From contig CAWDTA010000003.1 in assembly GCA_963805085.1 (NCBI GenBank), forward strand, positions 160,001 through 224,000: a stretch of DNA of 64,000 nt, written 5' to 3'. Below the pieces are notes generated by a model, which worked only from the letters and a program-made list of their open reading frames with translations, did no database searches and had not been told where the DNA came from. The first letter of the stretch is position 1, and the number at the start of each line of letters is the position of its first letter. Positions 11,001 through 20,563 of this stretch are shown piece by piece. The stretch comes from an uncultured Veillonellaceae bacterium. GTDB lineage: Bacteria; Bacillota; Negativicutes; JARBTT01. Position numbers and translations under genes: made by a program.

Positions 11001-14000
11001 ATCCTCAAGAACGATTGTTTCTGCAATGTGTCTATGAAACTTTAGAAGATGCTGGCTATACTAGGGAAGTCCTTGGATCGTATCGAAACTTCGGACTAGA
11101 AGGAAACGTTGGGGTATATGTGGGAGTAATGTACGAGGAGTACCAACTCTACGGTGCGCAGGAACAAAGTCAGGGACGGCCGACCGCTCTTAGCGGCAGC
11201 CCATCCTCAATTGCCAACCGTATCTCTTATTTCTGCAATTTCCATGGTCCTAGTATGGCTCTAGACACCATGTGTTCCTCCTCTTTAACTGCAATCCATT
11301 TAGCCTGTCAGAGTCTGCAAAAGGGTGGATGTGAACTGGCAATCGCTGGTGGTGTTAACGTATCCGTCCATCCAAATAAATATCTATTGCTCAGCCAAAA
11401 TAAGTTTGTATCCAGTAAAGGGCGTTGCGAAAGCTTTGGTCAAGGAGGTGACGGTTATGTGCCAGGAGAAGGCGTGGGGGCAGTACTTTTAAAGCCATTA
11501 TCAAAAGCCGTTGCCGATGGGGATCATATCTACGGCATCATTAAAGCGACTGCTATCAATCACGGTGGAAAGACCAACGGTTATACGGTTCCTAACCCCA
11601 ATGCCCAAGCAAGCGTCATTGATGCAGCGTTGAAAGAAGCTGGACTAAACCCTCGACTGATCAGCTATGTAGAAGCGCATGGCACTGGAACCTCTCTGGG
11701 AGACCCGATTGAGATAACCGGTTTGACGAAAGCTTTCCAGGAATATACGAAAGACAAGCAGTATTGTGCCATTGGATCAGCCAAATCGAACATCGGACAC
11801 TGCGAAAGCGCTGCCGGTATTGCTGCGTTAACTAAAGTATTATTACAGATCAAGCATTGTCAGCTGGTACCATCTTTGCATTCCAAGACGATAAACACAA
11901 ACATTGATTTTTCCAGCACTCCGTTTATAGTTCAGCAGGAACTCGAGGAGTGGAAACGGCCACTGATTGAGATAAACGGACAGAGCCAGGAATATCCTAG
12001 GATTGCTGGTATTTCCTCCTTTGGCGCCGGAGGTGCTAATGCTCACGTGGTGATCGAAGAGTATATTCCAGATCAAGCAAGAACCTTGATTACGGTTACT
12101 CAAGAAAAACCGGCGATGATTGTGCTGTCCGCTAAGAGCGAAGAATGTTTGAAGGAAAGATCACAGCAGTTATTGAGTGCTATTCAAACCCAACAGTTCT
12201 CTGATACTGATTTAGTTGACATTGCCTACACTCTCCAAGTTGGAAGGGAAGTTATGGATGAACGTCTGGCGATAACTGCAGTGTCCATTCGGGAACTTGA
12301 GGAGAAACTGCAAGGCTATCTAGATGGCAAGGAAAATATAGATGACTTCTATCGAGGACAGGTTAAGCGTAATAAGGAGACGTTGGCTGTATTTACAGCG
12401 GATGAAGAATTGCAGCAAGCGATTGGTAAATGGATACAACGTGGGAAGTATGCCAAACTCCTTAATTTATGGGTTAAAGGGTTGTTCTTTGATTGGAATG
12501 AGCTTTATTCTGGCACTAAGCCACAACGTATTTCTTTGCCTACGTATCCTTTTACTAAAGAACGTTATTGGGTACCTGAAATTGAGACGAAGAGAAGCTC
12601 AATTTCAGCAATAACAGCCTTCGGTCATCCACTTTTGCATCAGAACACCTCTGATCTTGCTGAACAGAGATTTACCTCAATATTTACCGGACAGGAGTTC
12701 TTCCTAGCCGATCATCTGGTGAAAGGCCACAATGTCCTGCCCGGAGTGACTCATCTGGAGATGGCTAGGGCTGCCGTACAGCAAGCGGCTGGAGACCTGC
12801 AAGAGGAAAAGATCCAGATCCAGCTTCAGAACATCGTCTGGATACGTCCCGTTATCGTAGAGGAAAAACCAGTCAAGATACACATCGGACTCTACCCTGA
12901 GGAGAGAGGCCAGATTGCTTATGAAATCTACAGTCAGCCAGATCAGGTCAACGTCGACCCAATAGTGTATAGCCAGGGTATTGCCCTGTTGAACACTGCC
13001 CAAGATGCCCCAGTTCTAGAATTAAGAGACTTACAGGCGGATTGTAACCAGAGCGTTCTCTCTGTTTCTAAGCTCTATGAGACCTTCAAGGAGATGGGAA
13101 TTGATTATGGGCCTGCTCAACAAGGAATCGAGCAGTTGTACACAGGCCAAAATCAAGTTTTGGCTAGACTTAAGCTGCCAACATCAATTACAGCCACACA
13201 GGGGCAGTTCGTACTGCACCCCAGTATGATGGACGCGGCTCTCCAGGCCTCCATCGGTTTGCTGATGGATACAACACTGCCTAACAAGCCAATTCTGCCA
13301 TTTGCATTGCAAGAACTTAAAATATTCGAAAAATGTACTTCCACCATGTGGGCGCTGATTCGTTACAGTGAAGGCAGTAAAGCTAAAGACAAGATGAAGA
13401 AAATTGATATTGATCTATGTGACGAGCAAGGGCGCGTTTGTGTACGGATGAAAGGTCTTTCCTCCAGAGTGTTGGAAGGAAAAGTGGATTCAGTAACAGA
13501 TACAGAAGCGATTGGAACGCTGATGCTTCAACCTAGTTGGCAAGAAAAAATTGTTGATTCGGAAGCAACAATGCCAGAGTATGACCGACATCTAGTGATG
13601 TTATGTGAGTCACATGACATTTCTCAAGAAGACATTGAAAATCAAATAAATGGAGTACGCTGTCTCACCTTACATGCAGAACAGGAAGGCATAGAATCAC
13701 GATTTAACAACTATGCCGTTCAAGCCTTTGAGCAAATCAAAAATATTCTTAAAGATAAGCATATGGGCAAAGTGTTGGTTCAAATTATCGTTATCAATCA
13801 AGGAGAGCAACAACTTTTCGCTGGACTTTCAGGACTGCTGAAAACAGCCCAACTAGAAAATCCAAAACTCATAGGACAGTTAATTGAAATGGAACCAGGG
13901 AAAAAGATAGAAGAAATCATAGAAAAACTGAAGGAGAACAGCAGGAGCCCAATTGATAATCATATTCGTTACCAGGAAAATAAACGCTGCGTTGCCAGTT

Positions 14001-17000
14001 GGAACAAAGTGGATGTTTCCAAAGAAGCAGTAAAGATCCCCTGGAAAGACCAGGGGGTCTATTTAATTACTGGCGGCGCTGGCGGACTGGGACTTATATT
14101 TGCCAAAGAGATTGCACATAAAGTCAAAGATGCGACGCTAATCCTTACAGGTCGAACTTCACTTAAAAAAGACAAGCAAGCTAAACTTAAGGAATTGGAA
14201 GAGTTGGGCGCCAAAATCGTATACAAGCAAGTAGATATGACGCAAAAAGAAGCGGTTGTTGATTTAATTGAAAGTATAAGGAAGGACTTTAAAAATCTTA
14301 ATGGCATCATCCATAGTGCAGGAGTGATTAAAGACAACTTTATTCTTAAAAAGACTAAGGAAGAACTGCAAGCAGTTTTGGCTCCTAAAGTCACTGGATT
14401 GGTGAATCTGGATCAGGCGAGCCGGGAGTTAAACCTTGATTTTTTTGTTCTCTTCTCTTCAACAACAGGAGCTATGGGGAATCCAGGTCAGGTCGACTAT
14501 GCAACAGCCAATGCTTTCATGGACGTCTATGCCAAATTCCGTCATGATCTGGTCAACTCAGGCCAGCGTTATGGACAAACACTATCAATTAATTGGCCGC
14601 TTTGGCAAGAAGGCAGTATGAGAGTTGACACAAAGACTGAAAAAATGATGAAGGAAAACACTGGCATGATTCCTATGAGGACTGATGTTGGTATTCAGGC
14701 ACTCTATCAAGGCTTAGCTTCCGGTAAGTCCCAGGTACTGGTAGCAGAAGGTAATCTTAAACAACTTGAGGTAACTTTATTAGAAGCACAACAATTCAAT
14801 AAAGAAACACCTTCTCACAGTGAAAAAAATAAAGCAGTACCAGAAATTGATCAAGATTGGTTAAAAGAGAAAGCGGAAAACTACTTTAAAAAGCTGCTTT
14901 CAACTATCATCAAGCTTCCGGCTGAGCGTATTGAGATAGATGCTCCAATGGAAAATTACGGAATAGACTCAGTCATGATCATGCAACTCATCAATCAATT
15001 AGAAAAAGTATTTGGCTCCTTGTCCAAGACGCTGTTCTTTGAATACCAAAATATCAAGGAACTAACTGGATACTTCCTTGAATCTCATCGTGATCGGTTG
15101 ACAGAATTATTGGGAATAGAGGGGAAGGAAGTGGCGAATGCAGTTTCCAGCGAGTTTATTACTGAGGTAGAGGATGAAAAGCCAGCTATCAGTAGAAGGA
15201 AACATTCTCGTTTTGCATCTATGCACATAGATGCCCAGCTGGAAAAAGAAAAAGAAGCCAAGGATATCGCTATTATTGGCTTGTCTGGACGCTACCCTGG
15301 TGCGAGAACTGTTCAAGAGTTTTGGCAAAACCTCAAAAACGGCAAGGATTGTATCACCGAGATTCCCAAAGATCGCTGGGATTACACCTTATATTTTGAT
15401 GAAAATAAGGATATACCTGGGAAAATATATAGTAAATGGGGAGGATTCTTGGAAGGAGTGGATCAGTTCGATCCTCTATTTTTCAACATTTCGCCTCGTG
15501 AGGCAGAATTTATGGATCCTCAAGAACGATTGTTTCTGCAATGTGTCTATGAAACTTTAGAAGATGCTGGCTATACTAGGGAAGTCCTTGGATCGTATCG
15601 AAACTTCGGACTAGAAGGAAACGTTGGGGTATATGTGGGAGTAATGTACGAGGAGTACCAACTCTACGGTGCGCAGGAACAAAGTCAGGGACGGCCGACC
15701 GCTCTTAGCGGCAGCCCATCCTCAATTGCCAACCGTATCTCTTATTTCTGCAATTTCCATGGTCCTAGTATGGCTCTAGACACCATGTGTTCCTCCTCTT
15801 TAACTGCAATCCATTTAGCCTGTCAGAGTCTGCAAAAGGGTGGATGTGAACTGGCAATCGCTGGTGGTGTTAACGTATCCGTCCATCCAAATAAATATCT
15901 ATTGCTCAGCCAAAATAAGTTTGTATCCAGTAAAGGGCGTTGCGAAAGCTTTGGTCAAGGAGGTGACGGTTATGTGCCAGGAGAAGGCGTGGGGGCAGTA
16001 CTTTTAAAGCCATTATCAAAAGCCGTTGCCGATGGGGATCATATCTACGGCATCATTAAAGCGACTGCTATCAATCACGGTGGAAAGACCAACGGTTATA
16101 CGGTTCCTAACCCCAATGCCCAAGCAAGCGTCATTGATGCAGCGTTGAAAGAAGCTGGACTAAACCCTCGACTGATCAGCTATGTAGAAGCGCATGGCAC
16201 TGGAACCTCTCTGGGAGACCCGATTGAGATAACCGGTTTGACGAAAGCTTTCCAGGAATATACGAAAGACAAGCAGTATTGTGCCATTGGATCAGCCAAA
16301 TCGAACATCGGACACTGCGAAAGCGCTGCCGGTATTGCTGCGTTAACTAAAGTATTATTACAGATCAAGCATTGTCAGCTGGTACCATCTTTGCATTCCA
16401 AGACGATAAACACAAACATTGATTTTTCCAGCACTCCGTTTATAGTTCAGCAGGAACTCGAGGAGTGGAAACGGCCACTGATTGAGATAAACGGACAGAG
16501 CCAGGAATATCCTAGGATTGCTGGTATTTCCTCCTTTGGCGCCGGAGGTGCTAATGCTCACGTGGTGATCGAAGAGTATATTCCAGATCAAGCAAGAACC
16601 TTGATTACGGTTACTCAAGAAAAACCGGCGATGATTGTGCTGTCCGCTAAGAGCGAAGAATGTTTGAAGGAAAGATCACAGCAGTTATTGAGTGCTATTC
16701 AAACCCAACAGTTCTCTGATACTGATTTAGTTGACATTGCCTACACTCTCCAAGTTGGAAGGGAAGTTATGGATGAACGTCTGGCGATAACTGCAGTGTC
16801 CATTCGGGAACTTGAGGAGAAACTGCAAGGCTATCTAGATGGCAAGGAAAATATAGATGACTTCTATCGAGGACAGGTTAAGCGTAATAAGGAGACGTTG
16901 GCTGTATTTACAGCGGATGAAGAATTGCAGCAAGCGATTGGTAAATGGATACAACGTGGGAAGTATGCCAAACTCCTTAATTTATGGGTTAAAGGGTTGT

Positions 17001-20000
17001 CCTTTGATTGGAATGAGCTTTATTCTGGCACTAAGCCACAACGTATTTCTTTGCCTACGTATCCTTTTACTAAAGAACGTTATTGGGTACCTGAAATAAA
17101 AGATGCTAGTAATAGAAATTTAGCCCAAATTGAAAGCAGCCATTCTGAAAAAACTGAAAAATTTATACTTACCAAAGAATGGTGTGAAAAAAACATAGAT
17201 GCTAAAGAGGATGTACATGCAGGATTAATAGTTGTTTTGGGAACATCGGCAACGACAGACCTTGCTCAGGTATTGTTTGAAGCTACAGAAACAACACAAG
17301 TGGTTTCTGTTATTCATGGTGAAACCCATTCGCCTGAAGAAATATCTACCGATTTTTATTCCTCCTCAGCAGGTGAATCACTATATCAACAGATTAAGGA
17401 CATACAAAATGGTAATAAATTACTCGGGGTCATCGATATCACAGCTTATGATGGTGCATACGAACAGTCTACAACTGTAGAATCTGGGAAAATAACTTTC
17501 TTGCAAAAAATGATTGAGAATGATAGGAGTGAGGGCTACCGACTTTTACAGGTGACGCATAAGCTACATGCCTTCCAATTAGCAAAAACAACACTGCAAG
17601 GAGCTCGCATGGCAGGTTTGTATCGTATGTTAGGCGCTGAGTATAAGCAAATTCAGACCATAACCATGGATAGTGATTGTTTAATTCAAGATCATGAAAC
17701 ACTGGTAAAACAAATTCAAGCCGAGTTTTTGTATACAGATAAAGAGAATTTTACCGAATTTTGTTATCGGAACAATCAACGTTATCAACCATACTTGAAT
17801 CTAGCACAGACGAATGACGAGATTCAAGAGAAGCTTCAAATGCCAGCGAGCTACGGTGAGAATGACGTTATTTTAATTACTGGCGGAGCGCAGGGGATTG
17901 GTGCCTCAATTGCGAAGCATCTTGTTTCTCATGGAGCTAAAAATCTTGTTATCATGGGAAGAGAAGCTCTGCCAGAACCCTCTGAATGGAGCAACATTCT
18001 CATCAATAAAGAAAAAACTGGGATGGAAGAAAAAATCAAACGCTTACAATTCCTAATTGATCGCGGAGCAAAAGTTCGTTATTACAGTATTCCCTTAACC
18101 GATGAGAAGGGAATCAAAGCTATAGCGCAAAATATTCGCCATGATCTTGGACCTATCACCGGAGTGTTCCACTGTGCCGGATTAGTAAGTAAGAACCCGG
18201 CCTTCTTTAAAAAGCAATTACAAGATTTCGTAGCAGTCTGTGAGCCGAAGATGAAAGGGTTGGTAGCCCTGCATAGGGCACTTGTCGAAGAACCCTTGAA
18301 ATTTTTTATTTTGTTTTCATCGATATCAAGTATCGTGCCAACGTTAGCAACTGGGCAAAGTGATTATGCCGCGGCCAATGCTTACATGGATTATTATGCG
18401 CTGAATCAAGCTGGAGAGGGAAAGCATTATTTTAAATCCATTCAATGGCCGGCTTGGGGTGAAACAGGAATGGCAACGAGAGGAATGCGTACCCCCGCTT
18501 ATGTAGAGACAGGTCTCGTATCCCTGACTACAAATGATGGATTGGCGTTCTTGGAGATCATCATGAAGACTACGCCGTATATTGTTAGCCTGCCTTGCGT
18601 GGTGGTTCCGAGTGAGTTTACATCTAAATACTTATTGAAAAGCCTACAGGGTGAAAAAGAATCCAGACAGGCATCAAGACGAAAAATCGAGATGATGCCG
18701 GAAGCATCGGTGGATTTACGAATGTTGATTATACAGTGGTTAAAACAAGTTTTTAGTACAGAATTAAAATTAAAACTTGCGCAATTGGATAATGATAAAC
18801 CATTTTATGAATATGGGGTTGAATCTATTATGTTGGTGCAATTGACGCAAATATTGAGTGAAGGAGTTGGACAAACGCTGGATCCTGCATTGCTCTTGCA
18901 ACATAGTACGATAAGCGCACTGGCGGATTATTTCATGGCCAATAATGCGGAAAACTTACAAAAAACTTTTAAACTTGAAACAATTATGGCTACTGAATTT
19001 TCTCCTACAGATGGTAGTTGTTCAATAAACAATACGTTATCCCCATCACTAAACGCAGCATCTCAGTCTAGCAGTAAATCTATATCTATAAGGCAACCGA
19101 TAGGTACTAACCAGCTGGAAAAATTGGTAGAAGACATTGCTGTAGTGGGGCTATCGTGTCGGTTTCCAGATTCACCGACCAAAGAGAAATATTGGGATTT
19201 ATTGACAAAAGGAGTGACTGCAATCCGGTCGGTACCAAAACAGCGTTGGATTCCTAGAGAGAATCGTCAGGATTATGGCGGATGGATAGAGGATGTTGAG
19301 CTGTTTGATCCAAATTTCTTTAATATCAATGAGCAAGATGCAGCAATTATGGATCCGCAAGCACGAATAATTCTGGAAGAAAGCCTTCGGGCAATTTATG
19401 ATGCAGGCTATGAACACAAACAATTGTCGGGGCAAAAGATCGGAGTTTATATTGGCGGGCGTTCACAGCCCAATATGAATTTAAATGCCGTTTTAAAGGC
19501 CCCCAACCCTATTTTAGGAATGGGGCAAAACTATTTGGCAACAAATATTTCTCGATGTTTTAATTTTAAGGGGCCAAGCCTCGTAGTTGATACTGCTTGC
19601 TCATCAGGAATAACTGGCATGATGTTTGCTTGCGATTCCCTGAGAGAAGGAAGGATTGATATGGGATTGGTTGGTGCGGTAAATGTATTGGTGAGTCCTT
19701 ATGCCCACGACCTATTTGCTGCTCGCAATATTTTAAGTAAGAGCGGTGAATTTCATATCTTCGACCAGCGATCTGATGGAGAAGTGCTGGGTGAAGGCGC
19801 CGGAGTTGTATTACTAAAACGGCTTCGCGACGCCGTCAAAGACGGGAATCATATATACGGTGTTATCAAGGCTATTGCAGAAAACAATGACGGGCAAACG
19901 CTTGGCCCTGGATCACCAAATATGAATGCTCAGAAACAAGTAATGCAAGATGCACTGACCTTAAGCGGAAAACAACCGACCGATATCGGGTACATTGAGA

Positions 20001-20563
20001 TAAATGGGGGAGGATCTCCTGTGGTTGATTCCATTGAAATCAAAGCCTTGTCCGATGTTTATAATCTTGGCAATCAAGCATTATCATCATGCGTTATTGG
20101 GTCTGTCAAGCCTAATATCGGACATCTGTTATTGACGTCAGGCTTGGCGGGATTCATCCGTTGTGTGCTAAGCGTGTATCATAAACAGATTCCACCATTT
20201 TTATCTGCTTTAGATCCATTTAATTATTATGATTTTTCCTCATCACGAATTGAATTTAACAGAAAAACAATCGATTGGAGGGTAGATCCGGGAAAGAAGC
20301 GTTTGGCAGCGCAGAACTCTTTCCCAGACGGAGGTACCAATTGTCATCTTTTAATCGAAGAGTTTGTGCCTGATGGGATCTATCAGCAACAGTATTTTTC
20401 GAGGAAAATTCCAAAGATGACGAAAAAACGCTTTCCTTTACCTCAATCATCGTTGATGGAACCTTCTTTAATTATTGCAGAATCAAGTGAAAAACAAACA
20501 GATAAGAAGAGAAAACAACATAATTGTGGGGCAATACCAAGCTTATGGGGGGAAATATCGTGA
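8006..20563 (+). CDS. trans-AT PKS: DH-KR-ACP-KS-DH-KR-ACP-KS-KR-ACP-KS0
   Basis: ORF 7940..20563; start reassigned to ATG 8006 behind RBS AGGAGAGGAG. Two DH-KR-ACP-KS units, then a divergent KR lacking the LDD-type Asp (HCAGLVSKNP), ACP (YGVESI) and a terminal KS with EINGGGS in place of EAHGTGT (non-elongating). Confidence 0.96.
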   Translation: MKDFLEYIFCEVKNKRLAKTDAKDLIRQFQTNSKSCFLHPMLQQNTSDFSEQRFSSIFTGEEFFLTDHVVKGQRILPGVAYLEMARAAVEQAAGVGEERRVGIRFKNLVWTKPIAIGKQPMQIHIGIHPDDNGEIAYEIYSEPQKENTEPIIHSQGSAALCAVTEGLTLDLLSLRTQCNQGIFSSSQCYEVFRAVGLDYGPSHQGIEQIYVGQEQVLAKLTLPATVSDTKDQFILHPSLMDAALQASLMISASDVKLALPFALQELKIFEKCTSTMWALIRYSEGSKAKDKMKKIDIDLCDEQGRVCVRMKGLSSRVLEGKVDSVTDTEAIGTLMLQPSWQEKIVDSEATMPEYDRHLVMLCESHDISQEDIENQINGVRCLTLHAEQEGIESRFNNYAVQAFEQIKNILKDKHMGKVLVQIIVINQGEQQLFAGLSGLLKTAQLENPKLIGQLIEMEPGKKIEEIIEKLKENSRSPIDNHIRYQENKRCVASWNKVDVSKEAVKIPWKDQGVYLITGGAGGLGLIFAKEIAHKVKDATLILTGRTSLKKDKQAKLKELEELGAKIVYKQVDMTQKEAVVDLIESIRKDFKNLNGIIHSAGVIKDNFILKKTKEELQAVLAPKVTGLVNLDQASRELNLDFFVLFSSTTGAMGNPGQVDYATANAFMDVYAKFRHDLVNSGQRYGQTLSINWPLWQEGSMRVDTKTEKMMKENTGMIPMRTDVGIQALYQGLASGKSQVLVAEGNLKQLEVTLLEAQQFNKETPSHSEKNKAVPEIDQDWLKEKAENYFKKLLSTIIKLPAERIEIDAPMENYGIDSVMIMQLINQLEKVFGSLSKTLFFEYQNIKELTGYFLESHRDRLTELLGIEGKEVANAVSSEFITEVEDEKPAISRRKHSRFASMHIDAQLEKEKEAKDIAIIGLSGRYPGARTVQEFWQNLKNGKDCITEIPKDRWDYTLYFDENKDIPGKIYSKWGGFLEGVDQFDPLFFNISPREAEFMDPQERLFLQCVYETLEDAGYTREVLGSYRNFGLEGNVGVYVGVMYEEYQLYGAQEQSQGRPTALSGSPSSIANRISYFCNFHGPSMALDTMCSSSLTAIHLACQSLQKGGCELAIAGGVNVSVHPNKYLLLSQNKFVSSKGRCESFGQGGDGYVPGEGVGAVLLKPLSKAVADGDHIYGIIKATAINHGGKTNGYTVPNPNAQASVIDAALKEAGLNPRLISYVEAHGTGTSLGDPIEITGLTKAFQEYTKDKQYCAIGSAKSNIGHCESAAGIAALTKVLLQIKHCQLVPSLHSKTINTNIDFSSTPFIVQQELEEWKRPLIEINGQSQEYPRIAGISSFGAGGANAHVVIEEYIPDQARTLITVTQEKPAMIVLSAKSEECLKERSQQLLSAIQTQQFSDTDLVDIAYTLQVGREVMDERLAITAVSIRELEEKLQGYLDGKENIDDFYRGQVKRNKETLAVFTADEELQQAIGKWIQRGKYAKLLNLWVKGLFFDWNELYSGTKPQRISLPTYPFTKERYWVPEIETKRSSISAITAFGHPLLHQNTSDLAEQRFTSIFTGQEFFLADHLVKGHNVLPGVTHLEMARAAVQQAAGDLQEEKIQIQLQNIVWIRPVIVEEKPVKIHIGLYPEERGQIAYEIYSQPDQVNVDPIVYSQGIALLNTAQDAPVLELRDLQADCNQSVLSVSKLYETFKEMGIDYGPAQQGIEQLYTGQNQVLARLKLPTSITATQGQFVLHPSMMDAALQASIGLLMDTTLPNKPILPFALQELKIFEKCTSTMWALIRYSEGSKAKDKMKKIDIDLCDEQGRVCVRMKGLSSRVLEGKVDSVTDTEAIGTLMLQPSWQEKIVDSEATMPEYDRHLVMLCESHDISQEDIENQINGVRCLTLHAEQEGIESRFNNYAVQAFEQIKNILKDKHMGKVLVQIIVINQGEQQLFAGLSGLLKTAQLENPKLIGQLIEMEPGKKIEEIIEKLKENSRSPIDNHIRYQENKRCVASWNKVDVSKEAVKIPWKDQGVYLITGGAGGLGLIFAKEIAHKVKDATLILTGRTSLKKDKQAKLKELEELGAKIVYKQVDMTQKEAVVDLIESIRKDFKNLNGIIHSAGVIKDNFILKKTKEELQAVLAPKVTGLVNLDQASRELNLDFFVLFSSTTGAMGNPGQVDYATANAFMDVYAKFRHDLVNSGQRYGQTLSINWPLWQEGSMRVDTKTEKMMKENTGMIPMRTDVGIQALYQGLASGKSQVLVAEGNLKQLEVTLLEAQQFNKETPSHSEKNKAVPEIDQDWLKEKAENYFKKLLSTIIKLPAERIEIDAPMENYGIDSVMIMQLINQLEKVFGSLSKTLFFEYQNIKELTGYFLESHRDRLTELLGIEGKEVANAVSSEFITEVEDEKPAISRRKHSRFASMHIDAQLEKEKEAKDIAIIGLSGRYPGARTVQEFWQNLKNGKDCITEIPKDRWDYTLYFDENKDIPGKIYSKWGGFLEGVDQFDPLFFNISPREAEFMDPQERLFLQCVYETLEDAGYTREVLGSYRNFGLEGNVGVYVGVMYEEYQLYGAQEQSQGRPTALSGSPSSIANRISYFCNFHGPSMALDTMCSSSLTAIHLACQSLQKGGCELAIAGGVNVSVHPNKYLLLSQNKFVSSKGRCESFGQGGDGYVPGEGVGAVLLKPLSKAVADGDHIYGIIKATAINHGGKTNGYTVPNPNAQASVIDAALKEAGLNPRLISYVEAHGTGTSLGDPIEITGLTKAFQEYTKDKQYCAIGSAKSNIGHCESAAGIAALTKVLLQIKHCQLVPSLHSKTINTNIDFSSTPFIVQQELEEWKRPLIEINGQSQEYPRIAGISSFGAGGANAHVVIEEYIPDQARTLITVTQEKPAMIVLSAKSEECLKERSQQLLSAIQTQQFSDTDLVDIAYTLQVGREVMDERLAITAVSIRELEEKLQGYLDGKENIDDFYRGQVKRNKETLAVFTADEELQQAIGKWIQRGKYAKLLNLWVKGLSFDWNELYSGTKPQRISLPTYPFTKERYWVPEIKDASNRNLAQIESSHSEKTEKFILTKEWCEKNIDAKEDVHAGLIVVLGTSATTDLAQVLFEATETTQVVSVIHGETHSPEEISTDFYSSSAGESLYQQIKDIQNGNKLLGVIDITAYDGAYEQSTTVESGKITFLQKMIENDRSEGYRLLQVTHKLHAFQLAKTTLQGARMAGLYRMLGAEYKQIQTITMDSDCLIQDHETLVKQIQAEFLYTDKENFTEFCYRNNQRYQPYLNLAQTNDEIQEKLQMPASYGENDVILITGGAQGIGASIAKHLVSHGAKNLVIMGREALPEPSEWSNILINKEKTGMEEKIKRLQFLIDRGAKVRYYSIPLTDEKGIKAIAQNIRHDLGPITGVFHCAGLVSKNPAFFKKQLQDFVAVCEPKMKGLVALHRALVEEPLKFFILFSSISSIVPTLATGQSDYAAANAYMDYYALNQAGEGKHYFKSIQWPAWGETGMATRGMRTPAYVETGLVSLTTNDGLAFLEIIMKTTPYIVSLPCVVVPSEFTSKYLLKSLQGEKESRQASRRKIEMMPEASVDLRMLIIQWLKQVFSTELKLKLAQLDNDKPFYEYGVESIMLVQLTQILSEGVGQTLDPALLLQHSTISALADYFMANNAENLQKTFKLETIMATEFSPTDGSCSINNTLSPSLNAASQSSSKSISIRQPIGTNQLEKLVEDIAVVGLSCRFPDSPTKEKYWDLLTKGVTAIRSVPKQRWIPRENRQDYGGWIEDVELFDPNFFNINEQDAAIMDPQARIILEESLRAIYDAGYEHKQLSGQKIGVYIGGRSQPNMNLNAVLKAPNPILGMGQNYLATNISRCFNFKGPSLVVDTACSSGITGMMFACDSLREGRIDMGLVGAVNVLVSPYAHDLFAARNILSKSGEFHIFDQRSDGEVLGEGAGVVLLKRLRDAVKDGNHIYGVIKAIAENNDGQTLGPGSPNMNAQKQVMQDALTLSGKQPTDIGYIEINGGGSPVVDSIEIKALSDVYNLGNQALSSCVIGSVKPNIGHLLLTSGLAGFIRCVLSVYHKQIPPFLSALDPFNYYDFSSSRIEFNRKTIDWRVDPGKKRLAAQNSFPDGGTNCHLLIEEFVPDGIYQQQYFSRKIPKMTKKRFPLPQSSLMEPSLIIAESSEKQTDKKRKQHNCGAIPSLWGEIS
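8779..12582 (+). repeat. copy 1 of a ~3.8-kb near-identical direct repeat (DH C-half-KR-ACP-KS)
   Basis: Matches 13294-17097 at offset 4515; shadow ORFs in the track recur at exactly this offset (e.g. 9544/14059, 10716/15231). Confidence 0.95.
13294..17097 (+). repeat. copy 2 of the ~3.8-kb direct repeat
   Basis: Same as 8779-12582 apart from the two substitutions I could spot by eye (synonymous cgc/cgt near the start; GLFFDW vs GLSFDW near the end). Confidence 0.95.
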
